DNA of 63,428 nt, counting the filler, from Octopus bimaculoides (taxonomy: Eukaryota), in assembly GCF_001194135.2 (NCBI RefSeq). It is 6 parts of 6 records of this genome, joined end to end, with 100 filler letters (N's around TTAATTAATTAA, not from the genome) between each part and the next. Parts side by side here need not be neighbours in the genome. Positions count along the whole stretch, not along the records: positions 24,525 to 44,275 come from NC_068990.1; 5 more parts are not named here. One strand, 5' to 3'. Below the pieces are notes generated by a model. The model was given only the letters and a program-made list of their open reading frames with translations, did not search any database and was not told the origin of the DNA. Shown in pieces: positions 24,550 to 38,141 of this stretch. A program made the translations under genes and the position numbers. Position 1 is the first letter of the stretch; each line of letters opens with the position of its first letter.

Positions 24550-25440
24550 ATGTTAAATATAATAAGATAACAAGGTCAAGGCAATCTGATATACCTAGGA
24601 CATTTATAAATAGATATGTGGTCTTACAGCTGTTTCAGGGAAATAAATGATATCCCATCATCAGAGACAACTTAAAATAACCTCAATAGAAGCAATTAGT
24701 AGATGTTCATTTTTTTAGAAATTATTCTTGAGAGGGAGAGATATATAAAAGAAATTAGATATAATGCAGAAAGTATAAAAGGAAAATATGAAAATAAAAT
24801 ATAATAAAGTTGCTGTTTCGTTCTCCAAGAAATGTGTTGTGTAGAATGGGTAAAGAAAGTTCTTGTTGATGATGTGTAAAGTCCGATAAGAAATCATATG
24901 TTCTTATTTCAGATGGATAGTGGTGCAGATATCAATTCCATGTGTTGTTCATTGAAAAGGATCTTGTAGTAGAAATGAATTTTGAGAATGATACATGTAA
25001 GGCAAAGCAGACAGAGAAATGAAGAGATAAGAATATTTGAAGGAAGAAAGTATGTATGGGAGAGTGTATGTATTGGTGAAAGGACTTTGGGGAGTGGATA
25101 AGGAGAAGGGCTAGAGTAGAGAGGTAGGGAAGGGAAATAGAGAAAGAGGAGTGTTAGGCAGTAGTCAAGATATTGGAGGGTGGGAGGGAGAGGAGAGCTA
25201 TCAATAGACAGAAGGAAAAGGGGGGAGGGGGGATAGAAACAAAAGAAGGTAAGAAAGGCATGTGTGTGAGAAGTTAGAGGTGGGGGGAAGGTTTGAAAAG
25301 GTGCAGAGAGAGATAAAGTATGTGGTGGTACAGAGGGGAGGGGGTGTACTGAATGTCTTCAGAAGGAAAGGAAGGGGGTGAGATAATAAGGAAGAGTGCT
25401 AGGAATTAAGGGGTGAAGGTGGAGGTATAATGGTCAGGTT
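24550..25440 (-). mobile_element. Probable Penelope-like remnant (pyrimidine-rich tract then hammerhead-bearing terminus)
   Basis: Hammerhead motif plus a long low-complexity tract abutting (TA)n; no convincing RT or GIY-YIG translation found. Confidence 0.4.
24618..24671 (-). ncRNA. Type I hammerhead ribozyme fold
   Basis: Helix I gttgtct/agaccac (6/7 paired); core CUGAUGA; helix II ggga/tccc with a U.U closing position; palindromic helix III ACAGCUGU; GUA site at 24625|24624. Confidence 0.7.
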
Positions 25441-25747
25441 TCTAAATATATGTATGTATATATGTATGTATGTATATATATAAATTCAAAAAGGGATAAA
25501 ACTCTTTTACAAGAATTTTATCAAGAAGCCAGTGTGTAAAAAAATTCATAAGGGAAATTTCTATTCCCAAGAATATAATTATAATTATAATTATATAATT
25601 ATATAATTAGACAAGAATGGAGAACAGATTTCAATGGTCAGGTCCCTTGATCAAATCAAAACACTCCACATCACAGGTATATTCATATGCAGTATTAATC
25701 CAAGTACAAATATACAAATCAATGATAGCGTATAATACATAAAGGTA

Positions 25748-26027
25748 CATCATCATCATCGTTTAACGTCCGCTTTCCATGCTAGCATGGGTTGGACGAT
25801 TTGACTGAGGACTGGTGAAACTAGATGGCTGCACCAGGCTCCAATCTGATTTGGCAGAGTTTCTACAGCTGGATGCCCTTCCTAACGCCAACCACTCAGA
25901 GTGTAGTAGGTGCTTTTACGTGTCACCCACACGAAGGCCAGTCAGGCGGTACTGGCAACGGCCACGCTCAAAATGGTGTATTCTATGTGCCACCCGCACA
26001 AGAGCCAGTCCAGGGGCACTGGCAACG
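25748..26027 (-). mobile_element. RTE-family 3' UTR fragment
   Basis: Reverse complement of the 27.2-kb and 31.1-kb UTRs; begins with (cat)n. Confidence 0.8.
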
Positions 26028-26271
26028 NNNNNNNNNNNNNNNNNNNNNNNNNNNNNNNNNNNNNNNNNNNNNNNNNNNNNNNNNNNNNNNNNNNNNNNNN
26101 NNNNNNNNNNNNNNNNNNNNNNNNNNNNNNNNNNNNNNNNNNNNNNNNNNNNNNNNNNNNNNNNNNNNNNNNNNNNNNNNNNNNNNNNNNNNNNNNNNNN
26201 NNNNNTATATATATATATATATATATATATATGCATACATACGTATATATACATACATATATATATATACA

Positions 26272-26305
<34 letters not shown>

Positions 26306-26315
26306 GATGTATACA

Positions 26316-26950
26316 AAGTGCAGACAACTGGCAGGATGAATACTGATGCCCTTCAAGACAAGAGACCAAGAAACTATGTTGACCCTGTGGAGAACCTTTG
26401 TTCTCAGCCACCTGGACTACTGCTCCCAGTCATGGTCACCACATTGTGCCAAACTAACAGCGGAGCCTCAAGCAGTCCAATGCCACAACATTAAAAAGAT
26501 TGAAAAAGTGCAGCAGATGAGCTCCAGGGATAAGCTGAGAAAACTGTAACTTTACTTCCTGTAGTGAAGGCGTGAGAGAGATGCAATAATATACATATGG
26601 GGAATTCTAGAAGGGCTAGTAACTAACTTCAGCATTGAGTGTTATACAAATGCCAGAACTGGCTGCCATTGTATTGTACCATCCACTTCATCTAAATTAA
26701 AGACCAGGAATGCAAAAGTCTAGGGTTCAGAGTCCCATAGATTTCTTCAAGACAGATGAACCAACAGCCCGATATGAGGTGCAGATGAGGGCCGCAGAAT
26801 CAAACTCCCTTATACATCAAATGAGCCAACAGCTGGGCCAAAGGCACATACAGGAGTGGTGATGTAAAACACCTCAGGCTGAGGAAATCAAAAAGACCAA
26901 GGTGGTACTCCAGCATGACCACGGCTGAAACATATGAAAGAATAAAAGAA
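26316..26950 (+). mobile_element. CR1-clade LINE 3' fragment with 3' UTR
   Basis: KTRDQETMLTLWRTFVLSHLDYCSQSWSP...; C-terminal DEPTARYEVQMRAAESNSLIHQM (~26755-26825); tail ggtggtactccagcatgaccacggctgaaac...gaataaaaga. Confidence 0.85.
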
Positions 26951-26951
26951 T

Positions 26952-27355
26952 ATGGATGAGGATAGTTGTGTAAAAAAATGCCGATCTCTAACTGTGGAGG
27001 GAACCTGTGGTAGAGGTAGACCCAGGAAGACATGGGACGAAGTGGTGAAGCATGACCTTCGAACTTTGAACCTCACAGAGGCAATGACTAGTGACCAAGA
27101 CCTTTGGCAATGTGCTCTGCTTAAGAGGACCCATCAAGCCAAGCACAATCGCAGTGGTGGCAGAGACCGGTGTCATGCTGGTGGCACATAAAAGCACCCA
27201 TTGCACTCTCAGAGTGGTTGGCGTTAGGAAGGGCATCCAGCTGTACAAATCAATCCAAAACAGCCTGGTGCCAGGAGCAGAACTCCAGCTTACCAGCTCT
27301 AGTCAAACCACTTAACAGATGCCAACATGGAAAACAGATTCTAAGTGATGATGAT
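26952..27355 (+). mobile_element. RTE-clade LINE 3' end with (GAT)n tail
   Basis: MDEDSCVKKCRSLTVEGTCGRGRPRKTWDEVVKHD..., followed by a 3' UTR containing ggaagggcatccagctgta and ending gatgatgat. Confidence 0.85.
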
Positions 27356-27357
27356 TT

Positions 27358-27395
<38 letters not shown>

Positions 27396-27397
27396 CT

Positions 27398-27525
27398 CAT
27401 CATCATCATCGTTTACCGTCCGTTTTCCATACTGGCATGGGTTGGACGGTTCAACTGGGGTCTGGGAAACCAGGAAGCTGCACCAGGCACCAGTCTGATT
27501 TGGCAGTGTTTCTACAGCTGGATGC
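27398..27525 (-). mobile_element. RTE-family 3' UTR fragment, tail-to-tail with the 26952 copy
   Basis: catcatcatcatcgtttaccgtccgttttccat...ctacagctggatgc. Confidence 0.8.
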
Positions 27526-27646
27526 ATACAGCATATTTCTTTTGGTTGACCCAGGACTAAAGAAGAATACACAGGTATAAGGTGCCACATAATGCAATTG
27601 AACCTGGAACCAAGTTAGGATGCAAGTCACATCTGTACCTACACAC

Positions 27647-27686
<40 letters not shown>

Positions 27687-28050
27687 ACATACACACACAT
27701 AGACATGCACTGAACCTAAATAGAAAATGGGTAAAGACAAATGGAATGTAGAAACATTAAGAACGAAACTAAATCAGCAAAGTGTTTGCTATTAAAGCTA
27801 ACAATAAAAACTGATTAAAAATATGATTTTAAAACAACAATAAAGTGACAAAATAAATAGAAAAATCAATGGAATAAAGAAACAAAATATACAAAGTTAT
27901 AAAAAAAACTGAATTAAATGCCAAAAGAATATTAGAGGCAAATCAGCAAGCAAAAAACAAAAGCAAAATACATTGGGAAAAATCTATATTTCATGGCTGA
28001 TGTCTATACCATTAAATTCTTTCCAGATTATTGTACTCCTGGTACAAGCA

Positions 28051-28087
<37 letters not shown>

Positions 28088-28088
28088 G

Positions 28089-28120
<32 letters not shown>

Positions 28121-28448
28121 GGCACCCACACACACATCAACAAACAGCTGATTTTCGAAAGACGAAAATAACTTTTTAAAGAAGACNNNNNNNNNNNNNN
28201 NNNNNNNNNNACATTAAATAGGATGTGTGTCAGTATTCAACACTTCATGCTTTCATAGGTGTGTGTGTGTGTGTGTGTGTGTGCGTGTGTGCGTGTGTGT
28301 GTGTGTGTGCGTGTGTGTGTGCGCGTGTGTGCATGTGTTTGTATGTGTGTTTGTGTAGAGAAAGGCAACACAAATAGAGACGGAAGTGGAGACAAATGCA
28401 CAAGACATTAGGTCGACTTGTTTACATGTGTGTGTGTGNNNNNNNNNN

Positions 28449-28482
<34 letters not shown>

Positions 28483-28512
28483 ACACATGACACATACATA
28501 TTATATAAATAT

Positions 28513-28840
28513 ATGTGGCTCAATGGTTAGAACGTCGAGCTTACGATCGTGAGGTTGTGAGTTCAAATCCTGGACCGGGCTGTGTGTTGTGTTCTTGAGC
28601 AACACACTTTATTTCACGTTGCTCCAGTTCACTATAGAAATGAGTTGCGACGTCACAGGTGCCAAGCTGTATCGACCCCTTTGCCTTTCCGTTGGATAAC
28701 ATCAGTGGTATGGAGAGGAGGGCCCGGTATGCATGGGCGACTGCTGGTCTTCCATGAACAACCTTGCCTGGACTTGTGCCTGGGAGGGGAACTTTTTAGG
28801 TGCAATCCCATGGTCAGTCATGACCAAAGGGGGTCTCAGC
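28513..28840 (+). mobile_element. SINE family 2
   Basis: Homologous to the 23297 copy. Confidence 0.85.
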
Positions 28841-29191
28841 ATATGTGTGTGTATATATATACAGACGCACACACACACACACACTTATACATGTATCATC
28901 GTCAACACCCTGACAACCATTTACCATGCTTGCATGGACTGAACAGACTTTTTGGAGGCAGATTTTCTATGGCCAGATACCCTTCATGTTTCCATCCCAC
29001 AAAAGTTTCCATGTAGATAATAACCAAAAAAAAAGGGCCGAATAATGACTAAAAACATACAATTCTTAGTGAGTTAGGTTCAGTCAAATAAGTGTTCCGA
29101 TGATTCAGTTTGCCAAAATAAAATATTGTAACAAAAAAAAAAAATAATAATAATATTTGAAAGACAAACTAAGAAAAAGAGTTTGTGTTAA

Positions 29192-29404
29192 CCCTTTCGT
29201 TACCAATCTGGCTGAAACCGACTGAGTACAAATGTCTTGTTTTTGTAAGTTTTGAATTAAAATCGTCCACCAAACCTTAGTCACAATTTATGTTCCTAAC
29301 ACTAGCTGAATGATAACAAAGTTATTTTACTAAATTCTTTGTTAAATTTAAAATTAATTGAAAGAAACACAGAACATCCCAAAATAAATACAGTAACGAA
29401 AGGG
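29192..29404. mobile_element. piggyBac-like MITE
   Basis: Perfect 12-bp TIR CCCTTTCGTTAC / GTAACGAAAGGG with TTAA on both sides. Confidence 0.9.
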
Positions 29405-30572
29405 TTAAAGGGATTTGTCTCTAAACACAACTGAAATAAGGGTTAGCGAAAGAGAGTAAAAGAAAAGTGAGAGTAAAGCTAATTTATTGAAAATGTTGCA
29501 GAAAGTGATTACAAAAATTTAACAGTAATTTTGAAAGAGGTAAAGAAATAATGGTAATTATGACAAATGGCAACAAGAAAGGTGCTTAGAGTCTGATAAT
29601 AAATACATAAAAAAAATCTATAAAGTATTTCTGAAGGATATCAAATGATTAGTCGATTGTCAAGAGTGATCAAAATGAAGGAAGAATTGAATCAATTATT
29701 TCTGCATTGAGTAACTATCACTAATAATCGTTGGTTTATTTATCAGAGAAAGAAAAAAAAAATGATTGCAATTAAAATAGCATCAAATTTTATTCTGATG
29801 CAGCCAAATTAAACTTTTCCCAAAACTAGTTTCTGGTGAAGTGAAAACAGAAAAGAAAATCCTTTGAGCGATGAGAGAAATCATATTGAACTTATTACTN
29901 NNNNNNNNNNNNNNNNNNNNNNNNNNNNNNNNNNNNNNNNNNNNNNNNNNNNNNNNNNNNNNNNNNNNNNNNNNNNNNNNNNNNNNNNNNNNNNNNNNNN
30001 NNNNNNNNNNNNNNNNNNNNNNNNNNNNNNNNNNNNNNNNNNNNNNNNNNNNNNNNNNNNNNNNNNNNNNNNNNNNNNNNNNNNNNNNNNNNNNNNNNNN
30101 NNNNNNNNNNNNNNNNNNNNNNNNNNNNNNNNNNNNNNNNNNNNNNNNNNNNNNNNNNNNNNNNNNNNNNNNNNNNNNNNNNNNNNNNNNNNNNNNNNNN
30201 NNNNNNNNNNNNNNNNNNNNNNNNNNNNNNNNNNNNNNNNNNNNNNNNNNNNNNNNNNNNNNNNNNNNNNNNNNNNNNNNNNNNNNNNNNNNNNNNNNNN
30301 NNNNNNNNNNNNNNNNNNNNNNNNNNNNNNNNNNNNNNNNNNNNNNNNNNNNNNNNNNNNNNNNNNNNNNNNNNNNNNNNNNNNATATATATATATATAT
30401 ATATATATATAAATGAAGGTTCACTAAAACAGTGATTGAGTCAAACTACTGAAGGCTAATGTTAAGGTTTCTTTTCAGCCACCGCATCAACTCTGAGGGT
30501 TCAGCCACATATCAATAGAATATACACAACATTGAAAAGCGTTCATTCATTTTAACAATTTCATATTTCTCA

Positions 30573-31245
30573 GGTGTGGTGTGCAAGAGAGACAACAGCA
30601 CCGGTGTGGTCATGAGATGCACATGGAAGAGGACAGCTGTGTAAAGAAGTGTCAATCTCTAACTGTGGAGGGGACCTGTGGTAGAGGTAGACGACTCAAG
30701 AAGACATGGGATGAAGTGGTGAAGCATGATCTTTGAAGTTTGAGCCTCACCAAGGCCTGTTGTGATGTGATGTACTTGAGAAGAGCCATCAAGCCAAGTG
30801 AAATTGTAGTCATGGCCCTTACTGGTGTTATGTAACTAGCAACTGTGCTGATGGCACATAAAAAGCATTGGGCCTCACTGAGGCAAGGTGGCCGATGCTG
30901 GTGGCACATGAAAAGCACCTTTCAAGTGTTGGGCCTCATGGAGGCAATGAGAAATGACTGAAAGCTTTGGTATTATGCCATGCTTGCGAAGAAGACCCAT
31001 CAAGCCAAGTAAAATTGCAGTCATGGCAGATACTGATGTCACACAAAATGCAACCATACTGGTGACACATAAAAGCACCCATTACACTCTCAGAGTGGTT
31101 GGCATTAGGAAGGGCATCCAGCCATAGAAACCATGTCAAATTAGACTGGAGTCTGGTGCAGCCTTCTACCTTGCCAGGCCTGGTCAAAACCCTCCAGCCC
31201 ATGCCAACATGGACAATGGACATTAAATGATGGTGATGATGATGA
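30573..31245 (+). mobile_element. RTE-clade LINE 3' end, same family as 26952, with a duplicated UTR unit
   Basis: Same ORF end and UTR as the 26952 copy; the unit catcaagccaagt...gcacataaaa occurs twice. Confidence 0.85.
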
Positions 31246-34200
31246 CGCAGAAATGATAACCTTCAAAACCAGAAAGAAACTCTTCAAATACCAATAAACT
31301 ATAATCAGTTTGAATTAGTCAATGTACTGAGAATGTTTCGTTTGTTGGTTTCTATCAAAATAATGATTGTCTTCTGCAGATTTTATCCACTTTTTACAAG
31401 TATATACCACAGTATTTTCAGGAGTTAAAATTCTACATTTGTTTACAACAATTTACATTAACTAAACTAGAACTAATAACAATTCTAATGAAATTGAAAT
31501 TTTGGAAAATCTAATTATACCTAATGCAATTATTCTTGTTCTTCTCTGTCTGTCTCTCTATTCATCTGTCTGTGTATCTATCTGCCAAGTTAGCTAAGTT
31601 TCCAACTGAAATGCTCACTGAATTTAAATTGTAAGTTGTAAGGTGTTCTCCGTAATTTTCAAGCAATTACTTCTGTAAAATAATTTCTTTTTTCTTTTAG
31701 CTCATATAATTCCTAAATGACCACAAAACATTTTGGATTGCCTACAAATGCAGAGCTTTCTAAACAGATGAATGGCTAATGAGGAAATAGTGGCTGCAAA
31801 TAAGTTGGCACCCTGACTTTACCCACAAACCTAAAAGAAAAGGAAACAGCAGATTTCTATCAAAAAACACATTAGATTTACTATTTTAGTATCTTTTGTT
31901 GTTGTTGTTATTTATTTACTCCCTACTTGGATAAACAAAAAGTTTATGATGATCATCACAAGTGCCAGCTAGACTTGATGTCAAAAGGTTAATGCAGAAG
32001 TAAAAAGGATATCACATATTGTAAAATTTGAGAACAAAAATAAATAAAAAGATAAATATATACAGAAATAAAATAAAGTATATTATAAACTGAAGAAGAA
32101 CTGTAGCTAAAATATAATATATGACAGCAGCAGTAGCAGCTATTTGAAGTTAAATAGGCACTCTTGTAATGGTGAGGCTACTTCAAGGAAGAGAACTAAA
32201 CAGACATGAAATAGTCAAATCTGCAAGAATAATCATCATTATTTTCCATAATAATTCCTTGACACCTTTAAGGGGTGAGTGGTATATTGGAAAATAAATG
32301 AGATTTGACTCAGCAATTCTGGCAAAATTCCAGTTTTAAAGATTCTCTCTACAAACAGGAGATGTTCGTTCTTTTCATATTGCCCCATACTGAATTAATA
32401 TAAACTGGCAGAGAATCAGATGCAAAATTTGGCATCAATTTTACAAAAGACGAGATTTGAAGCAAGGAAATATCAAAAATAAAATCAAAAGTTTTTTTTT
32501 TCTTTTTCCAATTGAGAAAGGAAACATGAATAACAGAATATCATTAAATTTCCCAAGTTGAGACTAGAAATTATGGAATAAAATGGTACTAGTCATAAGA
32601 GAGATGGCAGACAAGTTAAATGAAGTAATTAAAGAACAACTGAACCTCATTTAACACAAGTAGATTTACAATCTTACAACTATGAGCTTAATGTAAACCT
32701 CACGTCAAATGATACATTTAGGAAGGAGTCAGTTATTAGTTGAAATCATAGAATATAGAAGACATTAAACATGAGAAAGATCAATTGAACACAGCTGCAG
32801 GATGACTATGTTATGCAAACACCAAGAAATAAAACAAACAAAATAAAAAATTATCCCAGCATTTTGCAGCATCAAATGTCATCAAGTTGAAAATGTTACC
32901 TGATAGGTAAGGTGTTTTTTCATGTTGACTAATAAACTAACAGCTCAGGTATCAAATGAAAATGACAATCGAGACAGAGAATGATATTTCATAATATAGT
33001 ATCTTTCTACACAGGAAAGGAAAAATAAAAAGGTTTCTCAATTTACAAAGTATTTCAATCTATGTAAACAGCCATAATGTGAGAAGAAGTGGCAGGATTG
33101 AAAGGCAGACAAGAATCAACATTAGCACGAATAGAAGAAACACCCTACAAAGAAGAAATTAGCCGGCACAAGACACAATGGCCTACATCTTTCAATGCAA
33201 GACAATTATTTGTTGCCAAAGTCATATTTAAGCAATGGTCCAATAACAAAAAAAAAAAATGACTCTTCTCTGTGAATCAATGAAACCAAACGTAACACTA
33301 TTAAACAAAGAACAAAGCAAGAAAATATATGGAAAGTTAAAGTTAATCAGCATCCAGCCAAAACTGATGACAGTGGATACCTCTGTAAAAAAAGATGTAA
33401 ACAAGTATTAACGAACCAAATGCAGTGGCAACTAATTAGCATTTTACTGTTAAAATCAATGAAGAAACCTTTTCCAGTATTTCAATAATGTTGTTTTCAA
33501 GAAAACGTGTTCAGTCAAAATATATAACAGAAAAATCATTTGCAGTGGTGGCAGGAGGGAACTTGTTACAAGTTGAAGCAGTGGAAGTTGAAGAAATTTT
33601 CATTGTCATTAAAAAGTACTATAAGAGAAAAAAAATTGAATTACCACAAGTTTATTAGGCAGACGGTAGCAGCATAGTGGCTCAACAATATATAATAGCG
33701 GTTGGTTCTGAATTGTTTACAATTCAACAACTAAGATATTGTAAAACTGTTGTACAAATGAATTCTGGTCTTTCCTATTGAGTCTGCATCTTTGTCAAAC
33801 TGAATCGTTTTCTGATAATAACTAATGAAATTTCTAAACAACTTCAATATGTAACAGAAATAAAGAGATACAGCAACAATCCAGGAAAACAATAAAAGTC
33901 TTCTCTTGACCATTTCCTATGCCAGAACATATTTGCTATAGATTTAAAAATAATTTGAAATGAAGAAATGTTACATTTAGCTAAGTAAGCATTTCTTATA
34001 ATTAAAAGAAGAAAAAAAATGTCTATTTGTCAACTTATTGTATAACTTAAGAGAGATGATATAACTGAAGCTTTTAGGGAGATATTTGCTTCAAGAAAAT
34101 AACACAGATCCTAAGTAAATTCAGTTTCTTAGAGTTCCATTTGAATTTGATGCAAGTGAGAGTCACATACCAACTCCACGAAAGCCTACCTGATGGAGGT

Positions 34201-34913
34201 TATCTTCTCATGCCATTACTCCATCTTCTCCCCTTCCATAATTACATTAAATTTTTTTCCTAACAGGTTGTCTCCAGAACACTGTCCCTTAGAAATATCC
34301 TCTCTTCTCCACCCCTTCTGCCATCTACAAACTGAGAAACCAACACCATTGGTCTCACCAGTCTAGGTAGAGGAGGGGTGGAGGAGGAGGAGGTGTGCCA
34401 GCAAAAGACTAGAGAACTCCTTCCTTCCCATGAGTAATTATAAAAGATAAGTCAACTCTTTACTTCAGTCACACAAAAAATGGTGGGGGGGGGGTAGTAC
34501 ATCCATAAGAAATAGAAGAGATCAATGAAATCAATAACTAATGCATACACACCACAACTGACATGAATATTGAAACAAATTAGAGTGACTGGTTAAACGA
34601 CCATTTATTAATTGGAACTAAGCAGGATACCCGTGAAGTATTGTAATTGGTAGACATAATAACTAACTACGACAGTCCTTAATATAAACTATATCCATCA
34701 AACACTGTGGCCTCTATATTTTATTTTTAGTGGGTTTTCACGTTGCAGTATTATTATTGATAATCAAGCTGGAATGTGAGAGTACAAAGTTAATTTCTAC
34801 ACGATTCAAAAACCATATTTTGTAACCTAATACAATAAATACTTAAAACATTATCATACCAAACAGTCATTCATTGATTTACACTCGTTTGTAGCCTAAC
34901 AACAACAATTTAA

Positions 34914-35125
34914 CCCTTTTCATATCAACCTGCCTGACCACCACCCCTGATTCAATGGTAGAAACCGTTTTAAATTTATCGAAATTAAACTTGCTCTTTA
35001 ATTTCATGTTAATTTATGTTTTAAACATTAGCTTAATAATGACAAATTTACTAAATTCTTCATGACTTACAAAATTAATTCAAACAAAAGCAATGTATTT
35101 CAACAGAAATATGATAACGAAGGGG
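34914..35125. mobile_element. piggyBac-like MITE, second subfamily
   Basis: TTAA-CCCTTTT ... GAAGGGG-TTAA; internal gcttaataatgacaaa...ctaaattcttca. Confidence 0.75.
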
Positions 35126-36213
35126 TTAAGAATTGAACTTAAAACATTTGGCTGAAGAGTCAGAGTTTTATCTACTTGGGTCCTTTCTATAACTGTCCAT
35201 CAAAGAAGATTTGAGATATAAAATAGCCCCTGGACAATTATTGTAGAAAGTATGAGTGAATTTTTTAGTTCTAACATATTAATGATGTTATTTGATACTA
35301 ATGAAAAAAACAACTTTCCTATTTATTCAAAGATTAATTATGAACAAATGGAGTATCAAATTAAAATGAATAACAAATAATTACTTAAACATGTAGAACA
35401 ATTACTTGATTTTAAAGGAATTACTAATTCAATAAAAAACACACTAAAGCATTGACCTAAAACATAAAAATAAACTATATCAAGCGGGTAAAAAAAAGGC
35501 TTCATTACATTCCCCAACACCTTCCACACACAAATCATATCTATTTATGTGTCCAATAAACTATAACAAACAACACACAGACATTTCCATTCAACTACAT
35601 TTGCAAACAACACAAAAAGCTCACAGAAACTCTTAGGCGTAGAAGTCTTCTTTTTATTTATATATATATANNNNNNNNNNNNNNNNNNNNNNNNNNNNNN
35701 NNNNNNNNNNNNNNNNNNNNNNNNNNNNNNNNNNNNNNNNNNNNNNNNNNNNNNNNNNNNNNNNNNNNNNNNNNNNNNNNNNNNNATATGTATATACATA
35801 CATACATATATACACCTAACTAAAAGCTATATAACTCTCTCAAACTCTTTGAAACACTGAACAATTTTTACTATCAGAAATGTCAAATACAACAGGAGAC
35901 TAATTTACTGAGGGAGATCAGATAGTTTATATCTGTCTGTCTAGGACCAAATTGTTCTTCTTCTGTTTGTCGCCTTCAATCCTACATGTCATTACACATG
36001 TTGAATGGAAATATCTGTTTAAAAGAGTTAAGACAGCTGACACTTTTAATAACTGCCAACTGAATTTTCAATCATCTATTCTTATATTTGGTAGAAATAC
36101 TTAAATTTTTTCTTTTAAGGTCTTACAGCATCCCTACCCCCTAAATATTTCCAGTTCAAAACAGATGAAAAAGTCCACGGTAAGATACAATCATAGTATA
36201 TGTATACATGGTA

Positions 36214-36590
36214 CAGATGTGGCTGCGCAGGTGAAAATTTTGCTTCCCAACCACAAGGTTCCAGGTTCAGTCCCACTGCGTGGCACCTTGGGCAAGTGTC
36301 TTCTACTGTAGCTCCAGGCTGACCAAAGCCCTGCCAGTGGGTTTGTAGGGGAGAAACTGAAACTCATTTGTGTGGGTTTGTATCTCTTTGTTTTGATGTT
36401 GCATGACAGTCGTAAATGAATGTCACCGTCATTCGTTTCCAATATTCTGTGAAAGCAAGTCTGGCCATGGAGAAGTATGATCTTGCTTGGAAAGAGGTGG
36501 GAGAGGAAGAGCATTGGGAAACCTCCCTAAATAAACCTAGTCCAACTCATGCAAGCATGGAAAAGCAGACATTAAATGATGGTCGAGTAT
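36214..36590 (+). mobile_element. SINE family 3 head with RTE-like tail
   Basis: Family-3 head followed by a tail ending ccaactcatgcaagcatggaaaagcagacattaaatgatg, matching the RTE 3' end. Confidence 0.8.
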
Positions 36591-37119
36591 CATTCCAGAT
36601 GCTATAGTTGAGAATCCAGAACTGTTATAAGCAGACATTAAATGATGATAACCTCCAAGACCCTCAGTAATTATCATTAAGTAATTGAAAGTGAATAAAA
36701 TTATTGTTGGGATGCGTAAACCTGGCCAAGGTCAATTAAGGTTGAGTACTGAAGAAAATTAAAACCTAAAAGGGGCCACAGCAAGTGATATGTCAATGCA
36801 TTGAGTACAACAGATCAAATAGAAATAAACTATATATATATAAATATGTATATATATACATACATACATACATACATACATACACACACACTATGTATTT
36901 TTAGTGTAAATAAAATGTTTTATTGCTTAAATATTATTATCCATACACAACTATCATAGTTGTAAGACCTTCAACAATAAACTGTAATCTTGTTATTTTA
37001 TGATCTATTCTGTGAACGTGGTTAATTACTTCAGAATTTAATCACCAAATCTAGTCTTTTGAGCAGAATTAATTGTAGTAAACCGTAGTCATTGGTTTAG
37101 TGTATAACATGTAGGCGTC

Positions 37120-37482
37120 ACTATTACTGTTTTTATATCTGCTTTTCCAAGTTTGCATTGGGTTAAATGGAATTTGTTGAGGTAGTTTTTCTACAACTGA
37201 ATGCCCTTCCTGTCACCAACCCTCACCTGTTTCCAAGTAAGGTAATATTCACCCCTCCCCCCATGGACAGGCAGGTTTTCATGGAAAATTGGAAACAAAA
37301 GACACCACTTGTGAGACAGTGATGCTCATTTACAACTATCACAGGTGCATGCTCACATGTCATTTCACCAGACTTTGGTTGGCCCATGGTTATAGTAGAA
37401 GACAAGGTGTAATGCAGTGAGCCTGAACCCAAAACAATGTGGCTGGGAAGCAAACTTCTTAACCACACAGCTACACCTGAAC
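37120..37482 (-). mobile_element. SINE family 3 head with RTE-like tail
   Basis: Head ~37370-37482 and tail ~37120-37330; homologous to the 36214 copy. Confidence 0.7.
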
Positions 37483-37879
37483 CTATGAAAGGTGATAAAG
37501 AAGAGATATTTTAATATCTTAGTTGTAAAGGTAAAACGAATATTAAATATTGTTTTCTATTTAAAGTGTTACAAATTAGTCAGGAATCGTTGACAAAAAG
37601 AGTTTGCACGGGTCTTCTAATAGAACACTTCTCTACAAGTTAACCGGATTAAATACACCAAGACACATATCAAACAATGCTGTGCAAGAGAGTTTAACAA
37701 CACCAAGAAAACTCATAGCAAGCTGTAAAGTACAAACTTCATACATTCAGCTGCTGTCTCTCATGGTTTGACAACTTAAAACCATTTCTAACAAAACGAT
37801 TTCACCAGAAAACAAATATTGTTTCCTTTACAAGTTAGCTAACGTTTAGTTTACATGTACATGTTATAATGTTACTCAC

Positions 37880-37961
37880 CAAGCAGTAGTAACATAGTGG
37901 GAAATAGCCACAACTAATAAAAGAGCCACATAGAAATCTCTCCCGAAACCAATACAGGTTA
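37880..37961 (-). CDS. Candidate exon encoding a transmembrane-like helix
   Basis: Canonical donor TTG|GTGAGT and a pyrimidine tract upstream; reads TCIGFGRDFYVALLLVVAISHYVTTA. Confidence 0.3.
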
Positions 37962-38104
37962 CTTACTTGGAAATAGGAAGGCAGCAGCAAATAGTTTATT
38001 ATACAATTAACAATGAGAGGGGGGGGGGAGAAAAAAGAATGTGTGTGTGTCTATCAGTCTATATACACATACACACATATAAAAATACATACACACACAC
38101 ACAT

Positions 38105-38141
<37 letters not shown>

